Shown: piece after piece, positions 13,601 through 25,964 of the stretch | How positions within the stretch are numbered: position 1 is the first letter of the stretch | Layout of the letters: each line of letters starts with the position of its first letter | Assembly (NCBI GenBank): GCA_047967505.1 | Contig: CM106538.1 | Direction: 5' to 3' (one strand) | Length of the DNA stretch: 64,000 nucleotides | DNA from: Dipteris shenzhenensis | Lineage: Eukaryota | Program-made: the position numbers and the translations under genes | The notes under the pieces: model-generated | What the model was told of the DNA's origin: nothing | The model's database searches: none | The model's input: the letters and a program-made list of their open reading frames with translations, nothing else

Positions 13601-14537
13601 GGGTTCACAATGAATGTCATATGGTATTATGTGAGTGAAAGGGAGGGGGGCTTTGGGAAGGAGGAGCTTAAGCGGTACAGTAGGGGCAGCCCCTATTTAT
13701 ATTCTCTATCGAACTTAAACTTAAGAAGGGGGTGGGGAGCACCTAAGGTGTGGCAAGATAGCAACCATGGTGGTAGAAAGCCTAACGGGCAACATGGTGG
13801 CACCTCTAAGGTTGAGGGTGGGGTGATTGAGGAAATGGACCCATTAACGGAATTTGTTAGTGGAGAGGAATGGGTTAATAGGGGCTTTTTAAATTATCCC
13901 CACATGCATGAGCCTATATTTAGTCCTTTAAATAATTAGTTTCATCCTTTGCCCTTCTGGTTACACATGGCGATTGATTTCTATTATTGTCAACCAATGG
14001 GTGCCCATGATGAGTTTTAATGAGTTCTTTAGTTGATTGGTTTCATCCATTGCTCTTTTGGTTAATACATGATGATTGATGTTCACTATACCAAGTTCCT
14101 GCATTGAGTTACCTTGCCAATTGGGTTAACATGCTATTTATTCTAGACCCTAAATTCTATATAAAATAAGTCTTACATGTACATCATATAATTTTAAATA
14201 AGGGGATCATATTAGTCTCATAAGGTTTGTAAAAAGGGGGTCTTTGCACATAGTGATGTGTCCCCTTTACTTTGAGTGACCCCCCTACGTTTGGACACAT
14301 GTTTCTACTTCTTTATCTATCCTCCTAGGTCTAGACTTCAAGTGCCCTAACATGGGACTTTGTGTTCATAACCTATTCTTGTGCTACTGTCCTCTTTGTT
14401 AATTTTTATACCCATCTAGTGCAGACACTCTTAGATTACAACCTTCTTTTCTCATTTCCCCCCGCTTAATGCCTTTTCTATCCTATCCTTTAGGCATCTT
14501 ATTTACTACTCGATTTGAGGGTGGTGCTAAGCAATGC

Positions 14538-14593
<56 letters not shown>

Positions 14594-14713
14594 GTGGACA
14601 CTCTTAGATCACAAGTGTCTTTTCTCATTTCCCCCCACTCAATGTGTTTTCTATCATGTCCATTAGGCATCTTATTTGATACTTGATTCGAGGGTGGTGC
14701 TGAGCAATGCACC

Positions 14714-14759
<46 letters not shown>

Positions 14760-16194
14760 TTCCAATTCCTTCTCATGTCACAATCCTCTCCTTCTACTTG
14801 CTCCAATTCTTGCTTTGTGGAGTGCTCTCTAAGGTCCTAGTCATCATAAAAAATTTCACTCCTTGGTCCATCTTGTTGCCCTTCATCCTGGTGTGCGCGG
14901 CAATATGGAATTTGTAGGGTGTTCACTCCTCAACAAACGAGGCAAATCAATGAATACAACATGGTGGGGCAAGGGGAAATGCACAACTTAGAAATTTAGC
15001 CAAAATCGGCAATCACATACAACTAGTGTAGAGGCCGCACTTCACATACCGTGTGGCTTTGCTAGGAAGGATGACCCTAACTTCTAGGACTCTAGGTCTT
15101 GATATGCATGACCTCTTTTGACATTCGCGATGGGTACTATTGATCGCATTTACAACTGTTCGCACTCTCCCGTCAGGGATCCTGTATTCATCAATGTTTA
15201 TCTCTTCCTCAAGTTTAGATCATTGACGTTCAAAGCCATCATCATCTATCTCATCTTTGGGTCCAGATTTTGCATGTCATAGCCATTGTCATCTAACTCT
15301 TTCTTAGAGTTTGGCCCCTCTAATGCTGTAATAGGCTCAACTGAGTTTAATAGCTAGGATCCTTTGCCACCTTCCTTGTCACATAACACCATCTATGGGG
15401 GATTGGGCTTACAATGTTGATAGGCAAGTAAGATCTGCTTCCCATGCTACCATGGCCTTTTCTCAATTGCTCTTCGATCAACACCTTGATTCGCTCACTT
15501 TGTTAGGTTTGCTATTTGGTCAAAGCATTTGCATTTGGCCTTAGTTGATCCTTGGGATGTACATTATAGCTCAACATTTTCCCAACACTTATTCAAGCCA
15601 CCTCCTTGTGTCTTTGCGTTAAACCAAGAGCTTGTCGGTGTTTCTCAAAAAGCTCTTTACTGAGTGGTTTGGTAAAGTTGTCTACTACATTTTCTTTGCT
15701 ATCACAATGTTGCAGTGTGATGTCACCAAGTGACACTCTTTCTCTAATGAAGTACTCTCTGACATCAATGTGACCTTCCTTACATCAGTTTAAGACTAAG
15801 AGACTTTGGGCTTAGATTTGAAGTCTCGAATCAATGCTTGTCCTTCATGGAGACTGCCCATATTCCTGCTTTCTTGGCTTCTTTCTCTTTAGTAAGTTCA
15901 ATGGATCTTTGGTTCAGTTGAGTAGGAGTGAGTTCTTCAAATATCCATATCTTGGACTATGAGGGGCCGCGACGAAATGTGCCCCTGCCTGGCAATTTGA
16001 TGGGCGACCACAACCCATACAATGAGCTATGGCAACGAAGGCACAGGCAGGGAAGAGGATCACGGGATAGCATGCCCCCACCTTGGGGCACATTGGACTG
16101 CGTGTTGCCGTATGTCGGCCTAAGCCATGGCAGGGAAGAGGAATGGAGGAGGCGATGGGGGGGTGTGGTGAAACTCGTAGGTAGAGGCAGCTCT

Positions 16195-17320
16195 TCGATC
16201 TGATCAGCCTTCAAACACACTATTCAGGTATGTCAATTGCACAAAGCATTATATGGTTTGAAGCAAGCACCCGGAGCATGGTATCCCAAAATTCATGCAC
16301 GTCTAATCATCCTTGGTTTTCAGAACATCCCTAGAGAGAGCACTCTATATGTGATGTTGACTTGTTAATTCTGATTTTATATGTGATGGTATGCTTGACT
16401 GGACCTTGCACTCAGCATCTTGTAGCCTTTAAGGATGATTTGTAGGAGTCATTTGGTCTAACAGATTTGGGCAGCTGCACTATTGTCTTAGCATTCAGCT
16501 TGCTCAAGTTGAGGGGGTATTATGATGGGTCACTTCAAGTAAGTTGGATAGCTCTTGCAGAGATTTCAATATGAGGACTGCAAACCAATTTCTACACAAG
16601 TTGAGCCTAGTTTTCATTTCTCCATGGATGATGTTGTTGGGCCACTTGATGCCATTCTCTATCCACATGCTAGTGGATTGCTCATATATTTGTATCACAC
16701 ATGGCCAAATCTTCAATATGATGTTTCCCAATTGAGCAGATTCATGCATAGTCCCAGTACACACATTGCCAAGATGTGATGCATGTCTTTAGATACTTGA
16801 AAGGCGCTCAAGGTTTGGCCTCCTCTATGGCCACAATTCTTCACTTACCATGCATGCTTTCATAGGCAGTGACACTGGGCTAGATGCCCGGACACTAAAG
16901 TGTCACACAACACAATAATTTTATGCTTGGAGCATCATGCATTTCTTGGTCAGCAAAAAGCAACCTACATTTGCTACTTCTAGGTGTGAAGCTGAGTACA
17001 AGGTAGCTTTTAAAACCACGATGGAATGTATCTGACTACTACGGGAACTACTTGCTGATCTTGATGTTGGCCAGACATCTCCTACCACTATCTACTGTGA
17101 CAATCAAAGTGCTTTAGCCATTACACGAATCCGGTGTTTCAGATGCGTACTCAACAAATTGAGGTCCATTATCAATATGTCAAAGAGAGCAAGGGATATT
17201 CAGGGGATGTTCATTTAAGTTCCTACAAAACACAATGTGGCAGATATCTTTGCCAAGGTGCTTCCATGATCCAAGTTTGAAGCTTGTCGACAAGCTTCAC
17301 ACTTGATTCCATTTGTTTCA
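16195..17320 (+). mobile_element. Ty1/copia RT-RNase H remnant (copy 2)
   Basis: Same motifs as copy 1, inside the tandem duplication. Confidence 0.92.
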
Positions 17321-17356
17321 TGATTCTGCCAACCTTGTACGTCCATAGGCTACTAT

Positions 17357-18019
17357 ATCGTCTTAGATCAACATGTGCAACCATGGCATTAGTTCCAAGT
17401 TTTGAGACTGCATGTGACATTGCCATACTACCTGAGTGGTTTGGACAACAGTTTTCAAATTATTCTCAAACATCACCTTTGAGTCCTACACTCTAACATG
17501 GGGAGTGGTTCTTTGGGACCTAGGGTTTGGTGCCTAAATGAGTTAAGAATCAAGTGACCATGTCTTCTTTATGCAATGACATACAAATCTTAGTGGAGTT
17601 GTCCTTACTTCTCGTCGCGACTCAAGACTTCAAAGGAAACTCGACTTGGGAGGTGGTTTCTAGAATTACTTTATGGCAAATATAAATCGTCTTAGATCAA
17701 CATGTGCAACCATGGCATTAGTTCCAAGTTTTGAGACTGCATGTGACATTGCCATACTACCTGAGTGGTTTGGACAACAGTTTTCAAATTATTCTCAAAC
17801 ATCACCTTTGAGTCCTACACTCTAACATGGGGAGTGGCTCTTTGGGACCTAGGGTTTGGTGCCCTTGCTGTAAATGAGTTAAGAATCAAGTGACCATGCC
17901 TTCTTTATGCAACGACATACAAATCTTAGTGTTGTCCTCCTTACTTCTCGTCCCGACTCAAGACTTCAAAGGAAACTCGACTTGGGAGGTGGTTTCTAGA
18001 ATTACTTTATGGCAAATAT
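17357..18019. repeat. ~330-bp tandem duplication present only in copy 2
   Basis: atcgtcttagatcaacatgtgc...ggcaaatat at 17357 and 17686; single in copy 1. Confidence 0.9.
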
Positions 18020-19539
18020 GGTGTTCGAGATGTGCTTAGGTCATTAATGGACATGCAACTAGTGAGGCACATATACTAGCTTCCGTTTGGGCCGACTTGC
18101 TTTTATATGCGGAGTTAGTGGAGAGATGCACTTGGACCTTTTGCAACAGCCCGAGAGATTGATACCATGCATGAGAACCTAGGATTGTCCCTTGCTTTTT
18201 CACATTATGATGATGTGGCATTATAGACCACTCCCATGGTTGTTTATATTCACATTGTAGAGGCCACGGATAGAGTTTTCACTCTCCCACCTCTATTATA
18301 ATTCTTTTGTATGGAATAAATTACATCTTGATGTCAAAAAGCACAGCATAAAGAACTTCAAAATACAAAGATCATTTATCAATAATGGAAAAAAAGAAAA
18401 GAGAACGTACAAACGTAGGTAGTCAATATGCGAGCCAATATGCAAGGCACATCCCGATTCAACTTCAATAAAGCCAAAACCAATTTTACCAAGAAGGGAA
18501 TTAGCTAGATAGAAAGCACCAAAGAAGATGCTTGGATAATGGCACCTGTAAGGCCAAAACTGAATATGGAAGTGTTGGAGCACAGCCTTTCTTCAACATT
18601 GGAGATGTACTACAACGCGGCCATCTAGGCATTACATTACAATTCCATGCGACTCAATAAGTTTGTAGAAAGCTTGCTTTTTGGTCTACTTGCGTTTGTT
18701 TAGCATATGCATCTGCTTTGTTTGGTTTACTCTTGTTTAATTTTTACTTTGTTGGTTTTGGTTTTGATTTTTACACAAACAGCCTACTATGTAGTGACAA
18801 ATGGCTTCATGAGAAGCTAAGGATACCTTTGATTCCTGGAGGCTGCTTTGTGTAAAAGGTTGGCCTCAGATATTTTCTTTACAGACTTACTGAGCATCAT
18901 TCGAAGAGAGATTTCAGCCGTTTCTTGACATCTATTTAAAAACAGCCTTATAAGGAACCACAATAAACATTATTTTGTAGTGACAAAGATATTACAAATG
19001 AATCTAGAAGATACGAAAGTAATTGTGCTCTCTGTAACTACGGACTATTCAACAGGTACTTTTGCTGACAGGCCTTTCATGTTAAATGAGACAGTAAGCT
19101 TTCTGCAAGAACATAGGGCAGAGTTTCTTTGAGATGTACTAGAGACATATCATGCTTTGGACAAAAGAATTTGCCAACTGTGGGAAGTAAACTTACGGAA
19201 CATTCTGATGATTACAAAGATAATGTAATATTGAGTAAACAATCTTTTCTTCATGATGCACTGTATAATGCTAGAAGCCACAAAAGAACGTGTGTTTCTT
19301 AAAGAATGATTGCAAGAGATAGATTACAAATGTACAAGGGTTCTACAGCCAATAATATAATTTCAAGAAGCAATCGTGCTTCTGTCTACTCAACTTCAGC
19401 TGCATCTGACATCAGCAGAAAAGAAAAGGCTTGAGAACAAGGCGCAAAATAATGAGGGTTGAAAGAGTTACAATGGCTGCCCGCATGCAATATTCCATGC
19501 TACTTCGAGGTTAAAATCCATCACATGAATTGTGTATTC

Positions 19540-19622
19540 CTAACAAATGAAGATCCGTTCTTCTGGCTTATCATTCATTGAGCTTAAGTAGTTGACATCC
19601 ACTACAACAGCACCAAAATCAT
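19540..19622 (-). CDS. 7-exon gene, exon 7
   Basis: cacag|[26 protein letters not shown]. Confidence 0.9.
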
Positions 19623-20055
19623 CTGTGAAAAGATAAGCTCCCTTTAGCTACGTACAAAAACTAGATAGAGTAACATTGGTTCAATTTTTCATAAAATAGG
19701 ACCACATTAAGCTTTGTCGGTATACCTTCGTAAATTGTCCGCACAATATCTACATAATCTGGCACAAGATCTTTATAGATTATACCCTCTGGATGAGCAT
19801 CAAGGACTACTAGAGATCCTGCAGGAAATCAAAGCAGGGGAGAGTTTCAACTTGGACTACTGCTAAATTTCTTAAGACATGACGGTCACGTGTTTTTTCC
19901 AACCATTCATACCAGGAGCAAGCCATTTCGGTGTGCCACTACGATCTGAACAGTTTGGCAGAGGAGCTAACCATAAAATGTTGCGAAGATTGACGCTTTC
20001 ATCGTACTCCAAGGTTGAACCTATACAATGAACTTGTTTTATAAATTCTCCACGA

Positions 20056-20104
<49 letters not shown>

Positions 20105-23100
20105 AACACGAAGCCAGACATAACAACGCATTGAAGATTAGGACTACCTGAAGGCTAGACTCTTTCAGTGGAACTTTCGCACATGTCAAAGCAGCCATGC
20201 CTAGCATTGAATGGACAGTTGATGAGGATGATGATGATGATGATGATGATGGAGCTACTAATATTTACGACTCTAGAGGGCATGCTATCATTATGATCAA
20301 ATCACAAGATTTACCAATCAAGTTTCTCAGCCAATATTATGTAGGTACTCTATATAACTGGATTTTATTTTTGCACTCCTTCCCTAAGCAGATGTACTAG
20401 AAGGTTTTTTGCTGTCCCATAGGCCAGTTTTATATATATATATACATTGGTCAGAGGACTGTGACACCCTGATGGCCGATGTTGAAGAATTCATTACCGA
20501 GATGGATATCAATCTCACCTTTGGGGCAGCCTGGACAGTGGCCAAAGCTGATCCACCGACATGACCAATGGTGGTCAGATTCCAGATTGCAGCGGACAGA
20601 TGTACTTTCATAGGTATAAGGGCAACATTGAAGAGGACTAGGACATACTTAGATGATGACCTCACGCTCTTGCAGCAAGAGCATAGAAGGGAGGGGATGA
20701 TCCAAGTGATGACAGCAAGACAAGAAGGGAAATGGGCTGCATACAGAGACAGTAAGGTGATCCTCAGGGAAAAAGGAGAAAGAGGAGGCTTGGGCAAGGA
20801 TTGGGCCATTGACCCAAATCTGGGTTTGGAGGGACGGGAGGGGGCGAGATGGCACCTTTGGTTATGGGAGGGCCGGCCTCTCAAAGAGATTCAGTGGGAC
20901 CCAAGGGAGTGGTTTTTGCCAGTCCGGATAGGGCGCTAGGACAGAGCTGAGGAGGTGCCCTTTTTCTCTTACACCATGCGGATTGGGAACCGACTGCGGA
21001 TGGAGGCGTTAGCCTTGTCCCCCTCACAAGAGCGCCGTTAGTTGGAGCAGCATGTTCCCTTGGAAGTGATTTCCCACTTTTGATCAAGTCTATGGACCAA
21101 CCTCAGGCTCTGAAAGGTCTCCTACTTCTTCTAGATGGTAGCGCACAGAGGCCTGCCCATTAGCCCGTGGTTGGAGCAAATGCGGATGGATGGTAGATGC
21201 CTTCTTTGTGCAGACAAAAGTCTTAAAGACGATTCCACATTGTCTTTGGGGCTGCCTGGCAACGCAAAGGATCTACCCTCCAGATTTTGGCCAACACGCA
21301 GAGGATGGAGCGTGACTTCACTTGGGGGATGGTTCCTCTACAGCCAACAAGATTCAGAACCAGCACATTCTCAAAATAGAGGCATACGATGTGACTCCTC
21401 CCTCTCGCCTACGCTCTTCACCTTCGCCAGAGAACCACTAGTGTTTGGGAGACGAGTGTCCAACATCACTGCTTGAAACATCTGGAATGCTTGCTACATG
21501 GGAGGCCATCAGGTCCACCTGGTAGCCACCCTGGTCGCCATCTGGCAGGGTACCATCTACACCCTGCGCACCATATGGGGCGTGGGATTCCAGGTTCTAG
21601 AGCAAACGCCGAAGAGCAGGAGCGTTTCTGCAAGGCTTGGCCTGCAAGTGTCTTCTATATCATCACTGCAAGAGGTATTCACTTGTATAAACCTCCTCCC
21701 TGGCGGTTAGCCCCTATTCCAAAGATTCCCTAGGCGATGAACTGCATTCTTGGAAAACAGGCTGGTTTTTCTAACAACAAGTTTTTTGTGTTTTTCTCCT
21801 TTTTCCCATAATCAGCGTCTGGTAGGATTGCAAATTTGTATGGTTGATTCGTAAGTTTTAATAGAAGGTTCTTTTCTCTTTAAAAAAAAAAAGAAAGTTG
21901 GAGTGATGATATCTTGGATGCTCTCTTCTGAGCTCATAGATGATGTCAATCCATATGGCTGTAAAACTATGTCCTTCATTCATGGAGAACAAGATCAACG
22001 TGTTTTCAATAGCTCATCTCATGTGATCTCTTTGTTGCTCCCGCTTTGTCATCCTCTCTCACTCTCTCCACCATGTTTTCCTACATGGTATCAGAGCATC
22101 TTTGATCCATTTGAGAGCAAGACTCGGGGACATCTTCCATTTTGTTTACATAGTGTCTACTCAGGGCCAACATTCAAATTATACTCAGCCTGTTCTCCCT
22201 GCCAGATCTGCCCTGGATTGCCTCCTTGGGTTGCCCAGTATACTAAAGGAGACACCATTGTTTTCAGCCTAATTTGTCCTATTCCAGTAGCTCAGCAGAA
22301 ATATGCCCCAGTTTTTTTTTGCTTGCTAGCTTACTGCCCTACGTTGTGTTGTTCCTCAGACCAGCAGGTGTTTCCCCCCTCCTTCCTTGTCGCTGACACT
22401 TGGTTTCCCCCGCAACTTGAGTAATTTCTAAGGTCTTATTACGGAACATCTATGTAAATGGCTGCCATCAAGCAGCTTGTTCTGGCAGAGGAACCAACCC
22501 TTAAGTATCTTATTTTTGTTGAAATACGGCCTCAATATACGCCACAAAAAGAATTTGCAAAAGAGTGGTCAGGCTCGTTGAAGCCTTGTGTCGATGTCGT
22601 GGAGAAAAAAGTCAGAAGCAAATTGTTGGACCCGTATACCACAAGATTGGTATTCCTCACGAGAATCTACTCTTTGTTGACAAGAAGGTGGAGTCTTTAG
22701 CATGTGCTGTGGAGACCCACGTGCCTCAAAAGATAAAGGACGTCTCATATACGGTTTTTGGAATCGCCAAGCAAATTCTAGACTATTTGATATTTGTGGC
22801 AGCAAATGTGCTTAAAAGTAGCTTTGTGGAGACTCCTAAGGCTTACTATGCCGGGATGCGAGCCAGTAGCAGAGGCGTGGTTTTACTTCACATGGATAAG
22901 GAGGGACGTTATGAGGCTTTGGACAAGTTGCCCATGCATAGGGAAACCTCTAAGGAGAAGATAGGTGCAATTCTCATCCAAAAAATCTCATGAGGCCTGG
23001 CTGCCTTGAGACACATCTATTGTACATGTAGGCTGGGGCTACATAATCAAATCCCATGCATCAATTGTGAAAGTAATGTAGATAATGTATATACCTAGAT

Positions 23101-25928
23101 GAATCCAGGAACATTCCCAAACTTATCCTTTAAAAACACAACATAGTGCAGTTTCAATCTCATGATAGTCACTCACAAGGTTGAAAACCATAAACTCCAT
23201 CATGCATAGCAGGGACTAGCTACTATGACATCCCCACTGACGTCATCAGCGCCCAACAGTGGGTGTAGACCACATACAAATCCACACACCCACACATACT
23301 TGAGCATCCATTTATACAAATGTCTTCGTACTAAGTTTCCGTCAGCACTCCGGAGGTAAAGGGCAGACTCAGCCATGACGAAGGCTAGCACTAAAGGAGA
23401 AGGCTAATCAAAAGGTAGTCCAAAATCTCTTCATTCAAGCTACAACTGCTTGTGAAGTCTAAATGTTTTCATTTTAGTCTCTCCCCAACGAGCATCTAAA
23501 TCTAAATCTACACGAGTTGGAGGATATATTTAAATGGCTAGGGGCAAGGCTAAAGGACCCCTAAAATCACTGGACGACTTCGATTTTCTAGGCAGCTGCA
23601 CCTGTTGCTAGCATGCATGGAGAGGTAATATTTTGGGAGGGAGGGTGTGCACTTGTAACTCTTCACGCAAGGAAGGGGATGCACTTGGAAACGAGAGCAG
23701 TAGTCAAAGATCTCACCTACTTGACAGTACCCAAGATGCACTGGAAAATTCTCTTTGTTAAAAGCTGGATATTCCCTTGCATGAAACCTGAAGACAGACA
23801 ATTAATTACTTGGTGCATTGTTCATTTCCCCTATTAACCCAATTGAAAAGAAATTACCCATGAATTGATATTTTTAGGAAAAAGGCGAAGATCTCACAGA
23901 ATCCCAATTCTTCCTGTATTTTCAGCCAAAAACATATGACCATGGAACAGATCAAAACGATTAAGTGTGACATTGAAGCCAAGGTAAGGTGCCAGAGCAG
24001 CGATTGCCTCGAATAGGAAAGCCATGTATTGATTCAATTCCTGGAACAGTCAAGACATATGCAATGAATCAATGGCTGAAATTTCACAAACTAAGCATTT
24101 GAAGGTTTCAGCTTCAAAATTAGAAAGTGAACAATCATCTTGTCAGTGAACCTTCTTATTGAAGCGATGCCCATATGTATACTTTGCCAGCTGGCAGTGC
24201 TCTTCAGCTGCTCCCTCCACATCTGGGACCTGCAATCACTGACAACAGCTTCAGTTTCCACATCACAGATGGGCTTAATCTACAGCCAGCTTAAGCTTGC
24301 ATTCAATGAGTAGATAAAAACATCTACCCTTGGTTACTAGAAACAAGTTCTGCCTCCTGAACTTAGCATCCACCAAATACACTTATCAACACATACTAGA
24401 TACGTGCTGAAACAACCAAAGAATCATGCTTAACCGTGCAAAGAGTACAGCAGGGTAGCACTAACAGCTAAAATACTAAGACTATTTCAAAAACCAATAA
24501 AAAAAGCATATACATCCTACATGTCCATGACATTCACACCAGCCAAACCAGTTCCATCTATCAAACTGCAGAGCTTTGCTGTGGAGAAAAGCATTTCTAT
24601 TGAATTGGAATTGCAGTATAAAAGGACATTTCTCACAGAAAAGGATGACTGCAGGACCTGTGCCTCCCCATAGCTCCAGCCTTCCACTTCTCAAATTTCT
24701 TGCTCTTCACACTAAGTTTTTGTTTTGGAGCCTTCTTCCAACCAATCCTATAGAACAGATACTAACTTCAGTGCTTTGGTGCATGCTCTTCCTTTGTAGA
24801 AATTAACGCCATCAACCTTACTAGCATATTTGTTGTTCTTCTTCTGACTACTCCTATCAATCTTTTTAAACTTATTTTAGGAAAAACACTCATTCTACAT
24901 TCCATTAATGGGAGGCACTGTTGTAATATGCATCCAGATCTTGTTACGAGCTGTGATTAGTTCAACCATCAAATCAGCTTCTTTAAGGTGAGACACAGTG
25001 CCTCAACCATAATTGAAAACTGTAAGAGGTTCATTTAGAATTTTTTGAGTGCCCATATGTGTGCAAACTCTACGACACTTGGTGCTGCCAATTTCATTTA
25101 AAATTGCTAAAAAAACTTAAAGTCCTTAGTACAGATTTATAACTCTAACAAATTGAGAATAATAGCTATGTGAGATGGAGCCAAAAACTTACCTTACTTG
25201 AGCAACAATAGAGAGTCAGTAAGGCTCTCAACATCAGAGTCTGTGTGATCCTTACACCCCCTCCACTGTCATAGATGCTACTACCTTTGAGACCTCCAAC
25301 TCAGGGATACGAGAGCATGGCATTGAGGGGGCTTGCCCCATAGGGACGCGACCCCATCAGAGACCAGCCCCTAGTGATACAATTCGAACATACCCAAGTT
25401 CGGCTAATGGCACTATGCAAGTGCGCAGCTCTACGCGATTACCTACAGGTCCATATGGTTAAGGTCTTGCCCCCTTGATGGTAGAGGATAGACAACAGCA
25501 AGGGGATGCTGCATGTAGGGAGGGAAAGTGGGCAGTGGTATGGGAGGGTGGATCTTGACTAGTTCTAGATAGGCGCCTATTGACACACCCGCCTAGGAAG
25601 CGAGATCTAAGGACCAAGACCTGCACTGTTTGGAACTGTAATGGAACTTTGTGGTCAAAGCCAAGGAGCTTCTTAGAGTCATACACAAGATAAGACAGTG
25701 TCTTCTACACAGAGACTCAACAAAGCCCAGGGCATCCACTACCACCAGCCTGTGGATATACAAGGGAGTTAGCCTATCATGATGAGACTAGAGAGAAAGG
25801 TAGCTTACGGGAATCAAGCAATGTCATAGTTCTATTCCGATCATCTCTCATTGGGATGATCTGCAAAATGCCGGTGACGTGCTTTTCTTCTCTCTATGCA
25901 AATCTTCTGCAAACACTCTCTCTTGTTT

Positions 25929-25964
<36 letters not shown>

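Larger units (their letters stand above)
12297..19247 (+). repeat. Large tandem duplication, copy 2 (~7.0 kb)
   Basis: Same start and end sequence as copy 1; differs by scattered substitutions and several indels. Confidence 0.97.

Noticed and set aside
19872-20207. Apparent coding (RE)n microsatellite in the ORF leading into LRNILWLAP
   Set aside because: Exon 4 ends in phase 1 (V-G) and joins the tatag acceptor at 20021, so the (AG)22 tract is intronic
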